This document shows positions 44,380-53,327 of a stretch of DNA of 64,000 bases, one piece after another. Origin of the DNA: Candidatus Woesearchaeota archaeon (GTDB taxonomy: Archaea > Nanobdellota > Nanobdellia > Woesearchaeales > JAGVZT01); NCBI GenBank assembly GCA_018263355.1, contig JAANXH010000051.1, positions 10,897 to 74,896 of the forward strand. Reading direction: 5' to 3'. The stretch's first letter is position 1; each line of letters opens with the position of its first letter. Under the pieces are notes generated by a model, which did no database searches, was not told the DNA's origin, and worked only from the letters and a program-made list of their open reading frames with translations. The position numbers and the translations under genes are program-made.

Positions 44380-45829
44380 AAAAGGTTCTTTCTATCCTTT
44401 CATTATAGTATTTATTTCTCTAGCAATCCTAATAACTACATATATTTTTCTCACACAAGTAACTCTTAATCAAGAAATTGGCGATGAACAACTAGAAATA
44501 TTTAACTCATATCATAAAGGAGAAGAATTTATTTTTTATATGGAGCTTGCAGGAAAATATTCTTCTAATCAGGCGGTTCATGAGCTTGCACAAAGGGGGG
44601 GTTTTGCAGCTGAATCTGAATGTGGTCAATTCAAAGGCCATAATATGTGGAACTATTTGGGAAAAGAATGCATTCCAGACCCTACAGTCTCATATGAATT
44701 TATTTTTAATGAAAAAATAATAAAATACTCTTCGAATTTCCAAGAAGAATTAAAATTAAAGTATAATCTAGATTTTACTGACTCTGGATTTATTGCAAGT
44801 CCAAAAAACATGGTAGATATAATTATTCAAGATGATGAAGATAATCCCTTTATGTTTAGACTAGGCAATGAAATTGATTATACTGAGGTAGAACCAGAAA
44901 AAGATATCTGCAGAGATGTTGCAGATGGTGCTATCAAATCTGTAGAGATGAATTGTAAGTTTGCTGTTGATGGAAACCCAGATATTCCTAATTGTGATCA
45001 AGGATTAAATTCTGTAGACTTTAATAACTTTGCACTAACTCAAATAGACAATCCACAACCAAAGATTTCTGGTCCAGGCATGGATTTTTGTAAAAATGGA
45101 GAAGTTTATGACCTTACTGTTGAAATTGAGAAAAAACAATTAAAACCAGGAGATTTTGTTTCAGTAAACTATCCTGGAATAGACGGGCAAACAAAAGGAC
45201 ATACTGCAGTATATGTTGGTAAAGGTAAAGTTTCTGATCCTGCTGATTTTTGGGTTGCAAGATGTTTTAAAGAGTTTATTGCTGATGAGTCTGGAGAGCA
45301 TATTTTTGCTAGTTCAATTGGATGGTTGGACTATGACCCACCTCCTCCACACGAACTCGTAGGAAGATCATGCTTTACTCCAGACAGTATGTTTTTTAGT
45401 TTTTATAATAGCCCTCATTTCTGTAGGCTTACTACTTGCAACAAAAACAATTTAATCAGACAAGCAGGACCTAAAAGCATAGGAGAGATTCCAAAACAGG
45501 CCAAAGGAGTTTACTCAATTTATCCGAGCATAAACATTAAACAGGAATATGATTTTGAAGAATATAATATTATTACGGATCAATTTGAAGAGTACATTAC
45601 AAATGTTGAGAATTGCAGGAACCTGGTTGGTGATCCAGGAGAACCACCTACTTTTTTTGCATGTATTATTTCAAGAAAGCCAGACAACTGGCAACTAGTC
45701 GACTCAGAAGATGAAAAATACTTGTTTAGTGTTGAAAGTGAACATGAGTCAGATTATTCAGACCCCTCAGGCATTTTAGTTAACAATAAAAAAGTAGAGT
45801 ATATGTTTGCACTTCATTTTCCTAACTGA
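44369..45829 (+). CDS. Large pilin-like / adhesin-like secreted protein
   Basis: MKNKKGSFYPFIIVFISLAILITTYIFL N-terminus, then a roughly 450-aa Cys-containing globular region. The alternative upstream start at 44348 was not used. Confidence 0.4.
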   Translation: MKNKKGSFYPFIIVFISLAILITTYIFLTQVTLNQEIGDEQLEIFNSYHKGEEFIFYMELAGKYSSNQAVHELAQRGGFAAESECGQFKGHNMWNYLGKECIPDPTVSYEFIFNEKIIKYSSNFQEELKLKYNLDFTDSGFIASPKNMVDIIIQDDEDNPFMFRLGNEIDYTEVEPEKDICRDVADGAIKSVEMNCKFAVDGNPDIPNCDQGLNSVDFNNFALTQIDNPQPKISGPGMDFCKNGEVYDLTVEIEKKQLKPGDFVSVNYPGIDGQTKGHTAVYVGKGKVSDPADFWVARCFKEFIADESGEHIFASSIGWLDYDPPPPHELVGRSCFTPDSMFFSFYNSPHFCRLTTCNKNNLIRQAGPKSIGEIPKQAKGVYSIYPSINIKQEYDFEEYNIITDQFEEYITNVENCRNLVGDPGEPPTFFACIISRKPDNWQLVDSEDEKYLFSVESEHESDYSDPSGILVNNKKVEYMFALHFPN

Positions 45830-45897
45830 AAATTTTTCAGCTGCAAAATCTAAAAATATATAAACCATGATTTATTTCTTTTAATTGAGGGGATTTA

Positions 45898-46974
45898 ATG
45901 ATAAAACTTGGGTATGATCAAATAATAGAAAAAATAACTGAAAAATCTGACTTAGAAGAAGTAGAGATTGAACAGAAAATATCAACAAAGTTAAAACAAC
46001 TTTCTGGATTAATTAGCAAAGAAGGTGCAGCACATATTGTGGCCAATCAACTCGGAATTAAACTGGTAGAACAAGTATCAGGAAAATTACAAATAAAAAA
46101 CATTGTTACAGGTATGAGAGATGTTGAAACTGCTGCCAAAGTTCTCAGGGTATTTCCACTGCGAGAATTTGAAGTTAATGGTAGATCAGGAAAAGTAGCA
46201 AATTTAGTCATTGCAGATGAAACCGGTAGTACTAGACTTGTTCTCTGGGGAGATCATGCTGAAAAAGTAAACAACATTAAACAAGGATCTATTGTAAAAA
46301 TTATGGGAAGTTATGTTAAAGAAAATAATAATCAAAAAGAATTGCACCTAGGTAATAAAGGCAGCATTGCTATTAATCCAAAAGGGATTTCTATTAAGGG
46401 AGTTAAACAAACTTCTAACAGGAAAAAGATTAATGAACTTAAGGAAAACATGAATAATGTTGAGCTATTGGCTACAATTGTTCAGATTTTTGAGCCTAGA
46501 TATTATGAAACTTGTCCTGAATGTAACCGAAAAGTGCAGCTTAACGAAGGTACTTTTTCTTGTAATACCCATGGTACTGTTAACCCAAAGCTAGGTTATG
46601 TAATAAATGCTTTTTTGGATGATGGCACAGACAATATCCGAGCTGTGTTTTTTAGAAACCAAGCAAGAGACCTGCTTGGAGCAGATGAAGAATTAATGCT
46701 AAAATTTAAAGATAATCCAGAAGAGTTTGAGGATGCAAAAATGGAGATTCTTGGAAACATTGTGAAGATTAATGGTAGAATTGCTAAAAATCAAATGTTT
46801 GACAGACTTGAAATAATCTCAAGGCACATTGATCCAAATCCTGACCCAAAAGAAGAATTAAAGAAATTAGATCAGGAAAAAGAATCCAAAGAATCTAATA
46901 AAACACAAGACAAGAATATAAAAAAGGAATCTAACCCAGATTCCTCAGATCCTAAACAAGAAGATTCTGAATAA
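45898..46974 (+). CDS. Replication protein A-like ssDNA-binding protein (OB folds + zinc ribbon)
   Basis: OB-fold-like repeats (GKVANLVIADETGSTRLVLWGD) and CPECNRKV...C..H zinc ribbon, with a K/E/D-rich acidic tail. Confidence 0.65.
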   Translation: MIKLGYDQIIEKITEKSDLEEVEIEQKISTKLKQLSGLISKEGAAHIVANQLGIKLVEQVSGKLQIKNIVTGMRDVETAAKVLRVFPLREFEVNGRSGKVANLVIADETGSTRLVLWGDHAEKVNNIKQGSIVKIMGSYVKENNNQKELHLGNKGSIAINPKGISIKGVKQTSNRKKINELKENMNNVELLATIVQIFEPRYYETCPECNRKVQLNEGTFSCNTHGTVNPKLGYVINAFLDDGTDNIRAVFFRNQARDLLGADEELMLKFKDNPEEFEDAKMEILGNIVKINGRIAKNQMFDRLEIISRHIDPNPDPKEELKKLDQEKESKESNKTQDKNIKKESNPDSSDPKQEDSE

Positions 46975-47126
46975 AAATCTCACTGGACATTTGCACGTAA
47001 GCTATTTAAATCAGTTAGAGATTATATTCCTTAAGGCAAAAAGCCTAACCAATCTGTCCCTGGGGCTCAGACACCTGATGCCCATAATATAAGGGGATTG
47101 AAATAAAAAGCGATAAGCAAGGAGGG

Positions 47127-47393
47127 TTGGTAAATATGGAAGAAAAAAACATACCTGAAAAAAGGTTTTCAACAGGTGTAATAAATGCAACTGTTTGGAA
47201 AAATACAGCAACAAAAAAATCTGGAGAAACTGCTGAATATAATACAGTTTCTTTGCAAAGACGTTACCAGGACAAAGAGGGGAATTGGCAGTCCACTAAT
47301 TCTTTGAGAATTAATGACTTACCTAAGGCAGCACTAGTGTTAAATAAAGCCTATGAGTACATTGTTCTTAGAGATACTGAAAGTAAGGACTAA
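47127..47393 (+). CDS. PC4-like ssDNA-binding protein (tentative)
   Basis: VSLQRRYQDKEGNWQSTNSLRINDLPKAALVLNKAYEYI resembles the PC4/YdbC fold pattern; 88 aa; GGAGG SD upstream. Confidence 0.4.
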   Translation: MVNMEEKNIPEKRFSTGVINATVWKNTATKKSGETAEYNTVSLQRRYQDKEGNWQSTNSLRINDLPKAALVLNKAYEYIVLRDTESKD

Positions 47394-47484
47394 AAGCCCA
47401 ATTTTTTTTATTTTTTTATTTTTCCGGTAAATTATGAGTAAAGATAATAAATAGATAAATAAAAATAACATAAAAGGTGATTAA

Positions 47485-48426
47485 ATGTCAGAAAAAAAAG
47501 TCAAATCAATACAAGATTTACCAGGAGTAGGTGCAGCCACATCTGAAAAATTAAGAAATACGGGATATGCAACTATTATGAGTATTGCTGTTGCTAGTTC
47601 TGGAGAGTTAGTGGAAGCTACAGGCATGGGTGAAAGTGTTTCAAGAAAAGCAATTAACGCTGCAAGAGATTCATTAGAAATGGGTTTTGAAACAGGAGAC
47701 CAATTACTCAAAAAAAGGAAAGACGTGCAAAAAATAAGCACAGGTTCAAAATCATTTGATAAGCTGCTTGGAGGAGGAGTTGAATCAGGAGCAATTACTG
47801 AATGTTATGGAGAGTTTGGATCTGGAAAAACTCAGATGGCACATATTTTAGCAGTTAACTTACAAAAACAATATCCTGGCTGTGAAGTTGTGTATATTGA
47901 TACTGAACATACATTTAGACCTGAAAGAATTGTTGACCTTGCTAAAGGAGTTAAACTTGACCCAAATAAAGTGTTAAAAAATATCAAGGTTGCTAGAGCA
48001 TTTAATTCTGATCACCAAATGCTACTTGCAGAAAAAGCACAAGAACTAATAATAAATGGTGCAAATATCAGACTAGTTATAGTAGATTCTCTTACAGGCC
48101 ATTTTAGAGCAGAATTTGTTGGGAGAGGTCAGCTTGCGGAAAGACAGCAAAAACTAAACAGACACATGAGAACCCTATTAAATATGTCTGGAAACTACAA
48201 TGTTTGTGTTTATGTAACTAACCAAGTATTGTCCAGACCAGATATGTTTTTTGGAGACCCAACAAAAGCCATAGGTGGACACATTGTTGCTCATGCATCT
48301 ACATTTAGAATTTATCTTAGAAAAGGTAAAAAAGGCAGCAGAGTTGGAAAACTTGTTGACAGTCCAAATTTACCTGAGGGAGAATGTTCATTTATGATTG
48401 TGCAAAAGGGATTAGCAGATCTTTAA
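47485..48426 (+). CDS. radA: DNA repair and recombination protein RadA
   Basis: N-terminal HhH domain (IQDLPGVGAATSEKLRNTGYATI), Walker A GEFGSGKTQ and Walker B LVIVDSL. 313 aa. Confidence 0.95.
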   Translation: MSEKKVKSIQDLPGVGAATSEKLRNTGYATIMSIAVASSGELVEATGMGESVSRKAINAARDSLEMGFETGDQLLKKRKDVQKISTGSKSFDKLLGGGVESGAITECYGEFGSGKTQMAHILAVNLQKQYPGCEVVYIDTEHTFRPERIVDLAKGVKLDPNKVLKNIKVARAFNSDHQMLLAEKAQELIINGANIRLVIVDSLTGHFRAEFVGRGQLAERQQKLNRHMRTLLNMSGNYNVCVYVTNQVLSRPDMFFGDPTKAIGGHIVAHASTFRIYLRKGKKGSRVGKLVDSPNLPEGECSFMIVQKGLADL

Positions 48427-48514
48427 TTTTGCATTAAATTTATAAATGTATAATATTTTCAATATATACAAGTTAGATTAGCTAGTAGCTATTTCTAATT
48501 AAAATATATATAAG

Positions 48515-48850
48515 GTGGAAAAATATATGTACGGAAATGAATTTGGAAGAATGGCTCCTGTTAAAGAGGGCCAAGAACTAGATGTAAAAATAGAAGGTGT
48601 TGGAGAAAAAGGAGATGGTATTGCTAAAGTTGACGGATTTGTCTTATTTGTGCCTGGCACCAAAGAAGGAGATGAGTTAAGAATCAAAGTAACCAGGGTA
48701 CTACGAAGAGTAGGCTTTGCAGAAGCTATTGAAGGTACTCAAAAACAAGTGTCAGAGGAATCTGCAAGCGAAGAATCTCAAACAGATTCCCAAGAAGATC
48801 AAGAACCTATTGAAGATACAGAAGATTTTGGACAGGATCTAGAAGAGTAA
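48515..48850 (+). CDS. TRAM domain protein with acidic tail
   Basis: GQELDVKIEGVGEKGDGIAKVDGFVLFVPGTKEGDELRIKVTRVLRRVGFAEAI is the archaeal stand-alone TRAM pattern. The start may be the internal Met at 48551. Confidence 0.7.
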   Translation: MEKYMYGNEFGRMAPVKEGQELDVKIEGVGEKGDGIAKVDGFVLFVPGTKEGDELRIKVTRVLRRVGFAEAIEGTQKQVSEESASEESQTDSQEDQEPIEDTEDFGQDLEE

Positions 48851-48882
48851 CTCTTAAATATTAGTTTTTTTTATTTTATTAT

Positions 48883-49407
48883 ATGAGACTATTTATAGCA
48901 GTGCAAACTCCATTTAAGGAGAGATTAAGAAGTTTACAGAATAAATTAGAAGGAGCAAAATTTAAACTTGTCTCCAAATTTCATATTACACTAAAATTCT
49001 TAGGAAACATTACAATCAATCAAAAAAGCAAGCTAGTAAATTCTCTTAAACACGTGAGATATGACAGTTTCCAAATTACATTAACCCAGATAGGCACATT
49101 TCCAAAAAAAGGAAAACCCAGAGTTATCTGGCTCGGAGTTCAATCTAGAGATATTTATTCTTTACAACAAAAAATTGAGGCTGCCTGCAAATTTCTAAAT
49201 CTCAAAAAACAAAGACCCTTTCATCCACATATTACTCTTGCAAGAGTAAAGAACATTACAGACTCAAAAATGCTGAAAAATTCCTTAAACATAAAATTTG
49301 ATCCTATAAAATATACAGTTGAAGATTTTCAATTAATAAAAAGCAGATTATCCCAAAAAGGTGCTATTTACAATACATTAAAAAGATTCCAAAGCAAAAC
49401 TTTATAA
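48883..49407 (+). CDS. RNA 2',3'-cyclic phosphodiesterase / 2'-5' RNA ligase (LigT/ThpR family)
   Basis: Two H-x-T-x motifs: FHITLKFLG and HPHITLARV. Confidence 0.8.
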   Translation: MRLFIAVQTPFKERLRSLQNKLEGAKFKLVSKFHITLKFLGNITINQKSKLVNSLKHVRYDSFQITLTQIGTFPKKGKPRVIWLGVQSRDIYSLQQKIEAACKFLNLKKQRPFHPHITLARVKNITDSKMLKNSLNIKFDPIKYTVEDFQLIKSRLSQKGAIYNTLKRFQSKTL

Positions 49408-49533
49408 ATATGGATAAACTCCTTTACTGTATTGCCTATGTACAAGGTTTTTGTACAGCACTGCTGGGCGATAATAAAGCAGTCATTTCTACTGCTTATT
49501 ATTAATAGCTATAAAATCAGAGAAGAAAATAAA

Positions 49534-50136
49534 ATGGGAGAAAAAGGAAAATTATTAGTTGCACAAAATCAATACTTAAAAGTGGGAATACACATCGGTA
49601 CTAAATTTAAAACTAATTATATGGATAGATTTATTTACAAAACTAGACCTGATGGACTTTCTGTTCTTAACTTACAAAAAATAGATGAAAGATTGAAAAT
49701 CTTAGCTAATTTCTTAGCAAATTATGAACCAGAAGATATTATGGTAGTATGTAGAAGAGAAAATGGATGGAAAGCAGTAAAAAAATTAGGAGAACTTACT
49801 GGGATGAATGTTATCCCAGGTAGATATCCCCCAGGTATTTTAACAAATCCTAAATTAGATAAATATACTGAAGCTAAAGTTATTTTAATTACAGATGCTT
49901 GGCCAGATAGAAATGCTGTTAATGATGGAATTACAGCAGGAATCCCTATTGTTGCTCTTTGTGATACAAATAACCAAGCAAATAATATTGATTTGGTAAT
50001 TCCGTGTAATAATAAAGGAAAAAAGAGTTTGGGACTAATATTTTGGATTCTTACTAACCAATATTTGAAAAATAAGGGATTAATCCCTGATAACGAAGAT
50101 ATTGATACTCCTTTGTCAGATTTTACTGAGGAATAA
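49534..50136 (+). CDS. rps2: 30S ribosomal protein S2
   Basis: Matches uS2 from LKVGIHIGTKFKTNYMDRFIYKTRPDGLSVLNLQKIDERL onward. Start moved to the internal ATG (MGEKGKLLVAQNQY); the upstream extension is hydrophobic junk. Confidence 0.9.
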   Translation: MGEKGKLLVAQNQYLKVGIHIGTKFKTNYMDRFIYKTRPDGLSVLNLQKIDERLKILANFLANYEPEDIMVVCRRENGWKAVKKLGELTGMNVIPGRYPPGILTNPKLDKYTEAKVILITDAWPDRNAVNDGITAGIPIVALCDTNNQANNIDLVIPCNNKGKKSLGLIFWILTNQYLKNKGLIPDNEDIDTPLSDFTEE

Positions 50137-50141
50137 TTTGT

Positions 50142-50819
50142 TCAAATATTTTCAAATCCGTTATTAGTTATTATGAAATCCACAGAGGTTTTTTTAATAT
50201 CTGGGTGTTTTCTCAGATAGATTGTTCTTTTTCCGTCTTGATAATCTAACTGAATCATGCATTTACTTCTATTTACCAATGACTTGCCTCCCACAGGTTT
50301 AACCTTATTTTGTTCTAAACTTGAATATACTGGATTGGTCAGCAGGATTATACAATTATTTACCTTATATATACCTCTTAATATATCAAGCTGCCTGCCA
50401 AATAACCTATTCTTCAGCTTAAGATCCTGTTTTCCAGTTCTATAATTTGAACCTATTGTATCTACTATTAACAATCCCACTCTTTGATTTGATGCTAAGT
50501 CTTTTAACCTTGAAAATATTTTTGATTGCTCTTTAAAGGAATTAGCTTTGATCAAAAATATCTTATCTAAAACTTTTTCATAATCTTTTGTTAATTGTTT
50601 TAATCTATCAACAGGAAAACCACTCTCTGTATCTACATAGATTACTTTTTTTCCTTTTTTGGCACATTCTATTGCAGCCAACAAACATGCGGTTGTTTTA
50701 CCTGATGCAGCAACACCATATATTGTGTTTATCATTTGTGTCTGATATCCTCCATTAAGAATAGAGTCAATCACTTTTGAACCTGAAGATAATTTCATTA
50801 TTAAAGCTAAGTCTTTCAA
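50142..50819 (-). CDS. radB: RadB-like RecA-superfamily ATPase
   Basis: GVAASGKTT Walker A, VIYVDTE, LLIVDTIG Walker B. 225 aa with no N-terminal HhH domain, as in the RadA paralog RadB. Confidence 0.65.
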   Translation of the reverse strand: MKDLALIMKLSSGSKVIDSILNGGYQTQMINTIYGVAASGKTTACLLAAIECAKKGKKVIYVDTESGFPVDRLKQLTKDYEKVLDKIFLIKANSFKEQSKIFSRLKDLASNQRVGLLIVDTIGSNYRTGKQDLKLKNRLFGRQLDILRGIYKVNNCIILLTNPVYSSLEQNKVKPVGGKSLVNRSKCMIQLDYQDGKRTIYLRKHPDIKKTSVDFIITNNGFENI

Positions 50820-50920
50820 ATATAAAAAGCTTTTTAGATTGCAAAAAGATTCTGTGATTAACCATAGATATTCAATAAATTACCAAAACCTTTTTAAAAC
50901 CAACTTACCTCCTATTAGTT

Positions 50921-51225
50921 AATAGAGTGGCACTCAACTTTCGCAAACAGTTAAATTGTTTGTGAGGAAAGTCCACCCACTATAAAGGTCACTCCTTTTA
51001 GGAGTTTTGTAATGGAAGGCAACCACTCAGAAACGATACAGCCTTAATTCAGAATGACGCAGCAAACAGATTTGGTGACAAAGCTGGAATCTGCAGACAG
51101 TTTTTAAGGAATTGGTGAAACGGTGAGCCCTGACCAGTGCAAGCATATGCGCTAAGTTGAATGTTGAGGAAAACCTTTCCTTTAAATAGGAGGTTTTACA
51201 AAAGGTGGCTTATAGCCACTCTATT
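50921..51225 (+). ncRNA. rnpB: RNase P RNA
   Basis: CR-I motif GAGGAAAGUCCACCC at about 50975. GGUGAAACGGUGAGCCC and ACAGAAACGAUACAGCC conserved-region-like segments. Terminal P1 pairing UAGAGUGGC (50923-) with GCCACUCUA (-51223). About 305 nt, ORF-free and GC-elevated. Confidence 0.75.
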
Positions 51226-51241
51226 TTATTAAGGTGAAAAA

Positions 51242-51412
51242 ATGGCAAAACAAAAAATAAGCATGCCGTCTTCAATGGGCGGACTGACAAGATATTTTGA
51301 TGAGTACAAAAGCAAGATTAAAATCTCTCCAGGATTAGTAATTATTGCTAGTGTGATTGTTATAATTCTTGTTATAATTCTTCAAATATTTGGTAAAAGG
51401 TGGTTAGGTTGA
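51242..51412 (+). CDS. secG: Preprotein translocase subunit Sec61beta (SecG)
   Basis: Not in the ORF track. Manual translation gives MAKQKISMPSSMGGLTRYFDEYKSKIKISPGLVIIASVIVIILVIILQIFGKRWLG, a tail-anchored TM protein with the GLxRYFDE motif. Its stop overlaps the NAC start (TGATG). Confidence 0.75.
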   Translation: MAKQKISMPSSMGGLTRYFDEYKSKIKISPGLVIIASVIVIILVIILQIFGKRWLG

Positions 51413-51750
51413 TGCCTGGAATGAATTCAAGACAGATGAAAAAGATGATGAAACAAATGGGCATTAAGCAAGTAGATATTCCTTGTGAGAAAGTTGTGAT
51501 TAGTTCTAATGAAAAAGATATTGTGATTACTAATCCCAAAGTTATCAAAGTCAAAATGCAGGGGCAGGAAACATTTCAGATAACAGGAACTGTATCAGAA
51601 CAAGAAAAAGCGCTAGAGATTAGCCAAGATGATGTTAAAACAGTTATGGAAAAGGCAAATGTTGACAAAGAAACTGCCCAGGAAACACTTAGAAATAATG
51701 AGGGAGATCTTGCTAAATCAATAATCCAGCTCACAGATAGCAAGATTTAA
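51412..51750 (+). CDS. nac: Nascent polypeptide-associated complex protein (aNAC, alpha subunit)
   Basis: MPGMNSRQMKKMMKQMGIKQVDI... NAC domain and a C-terminal UBA-like segment ETAQETLRNNEGDLAKSIIQL. Confidence 0.9.
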   Translation: MPGMNSRQMKKMMKQMGIKQVDIPCEKVVISSNEKDIVITNPKVIKVKMQGQETFQITGTVSEQEKALEISQDDVKTVMEKANVDKETAQETLRNNEGDLAKSIIQLTDSKI

Positions 51751-51775
51751 ATATAATTTTTTAAATATATACATT

Positions 51776-52261
51776 ATGGAGAAGTTCCAGGCTGCTAGAA
51801 ATAAGGCTAGTAAGCGACTAAAGATAGCAGACCACATGATGGTTATGACCTATCCTTTAGTTAAAGATAGCAAGTTATTACTAGCTGTTTTAGAAAATCT
51901 GTTTTTAGCATTGACAAATTCTGTTGCATCAGTACTATACTATGAAAGATTATTTAAAAGAATTCCTCCTTTCCATGATACATTTGAGTCTAAGTTCAAT
52001 CGATTTAGGTCAAAGATTGTACCAAAATACAATATTGATATGAAGTACGTAAAAATGATCAAAGAAATAAAGGATATAATTGTTATGCACAAAAAAAGCC
52101 CGGTTGAATTTACTAGAAAAGATAAGTTTGTGATTGCTTCAAAAAATTATAAAATCAAAACAATTTCTGTTGAACAAATCAAAGAATATATCAAAGATAC
52201 CAAAAGCTTTGTTGCACAGATGGAGGAGATAGTGAGTAAAAATGAACAAATATTTAAGTAA
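51776..52261 (+). CDS. Hypothetical protein (paralog of the next gene)
   Basis: 161 aa. Collinear similarity to the 52242 ORF (ADHMMV..LLLAVLENLFLAL vs VYHLIHV..VLKNVLMRIINCF; HKKSPVEFTRKDKFVIA vs HHLRKLSRAEFKRSREFRRHV). Confidence 0.3.
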   Translation: MEKFQAARNKASKRLKIADHMMVMTYPLVKDSKLLLAVLENLFLALTNSVASVLYYERLFKRIPPFHDTFESKFNRFRSKIVPKYNIDMKYVKMIKEIKDIIVMHKKSPVEFTRKDKFVIASKNYKIKTISVEQIKEYIKDTKSFVAQMEEIVSKNEQIFK

Positions 52262-52748
52262 TGCAGAAGATGAATTAAAAAGAGTTTACCATTTAATCCA
52301 TGTGAGTCTGAAATATACTCGAACAGTGGACGTGTTAAAAAATGTATTAATGCGGATTATTAATTGTTTTGACTCTTGCTTTTTAGCTCTTTTAACCCAA
52401 GAAAAAGATCCAGAAAATATGCCTAAAAGTCCTGGTCTTAGAACCAAAATGTTAAGAGACCAATACAAAGAGGATATAGAAATCTTAGAATTTATTGACT
52501 TTTATCACCATCTAAGAAAGTTGAGCAGAGCAGAATTTAAAAGAAGCAGAGAATTTAGAAGACATGTCACTATGACTGCTCAATTAGAAGAAGGGCCTGT
52601 TGAAATAACTATAGATGTTGTAACTTCTTTTTACAGAACATTAAGGATATTTTTCAAATTAGTAAGTAAAATTATTGGAGAAGATGATAGAACAATCAGA
52701 GAAATGTTAACTTCTGCTGAAGCAGAAGTAGATTTTGAGGGGAAGTAA
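52242..52748 (+). CDS. Hypothetical protein with R-x4-H (HEPN-like) motif, paralog of the previous gene
   Basis: 168 aa. REFRRH matches the Rx4-6H HEPN pattern. Overlaps the previous gene by 20 nt. Confidence 0.3.
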   Translation: MNKYLSNAEDELKRVYHLIHVSLKYTRTVDVLKNVLMRIINCFDSCFLALLTQEKDPENMPKSPGLRTKMLRDQYKEDIEILEFIDFYHHLRKLSRAEFKRSREFRRHVTMTAQLEEGPVEITIDVVTSFYRTLRIFFKLVSKIIGEDDRTIREMLTSAEAEVDFEGK

Positions 52749-53220
52749 ATTGGCAGAACAATTCAAGATAGATACTAAGTATGATAAAGAAAAATATACT
52801 AAATATTCTAAACAATCTAAACGTGTGGTTTACTGGCTTGCACTTTTAGTCATGGTTGTGTGTAATTTTTTAATATTCTTGGTATTAATTCCTTTAATAA
52901 GAATTATTAATTATATTCAATTATTTGTTATTGTAGGAGCAATAGGTCTAATTTTTGGATTTATTTTTAATTTTCTAATTAGAGATATAGAACACTTAGA
53001 ACCTAAACACCATTTGTTTGCAGGAATATTTATCCCAGTAATCTCTATTATTAATATTTATCTTCTAATTTCAATCTTTAACTCAGTACATACTACTCCA
53101 GGTTCTAATACAGGTCAAAGAACTCTTATTACCAGTATAATCTATGTATTGATGTTTGCTGGGCCCTATATCTTCTCTTTTATAAAGAAAAAGAAATATT
53201 TTTTAAATAGTAACCTTTAA
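52735..53220 (+). CDS. Polytopic membrane protein (hypothetical)
   Basis: 161 aa with four predicted TM helices. Confidence 0.3.
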   Translation: MRGSKLAEQFKIDTKYDKEKYTKYSKQSKRVVYWLALLVMVVCNFLIFLVLIPLIRIINYIQLFVIVGAIGLIFGFIFNFLIRDIEHLEPKHHLFAGIFIPVISIINIYLLISIFNSVHTTPGSNTGQRTLITSIIYVLMFAGPYIFSFIKKKKYFLNSNL

Positions 53221-53327
53221 ATACACGCCTATGTTCCCTTATATAATAAGCCCGAGTTCATGTGAGCGAGTATAGGGTTTTTGCAAGTTCTCGCTATATG
53301 TAACTCAAAAAATTAGCCTAAAAGAAT

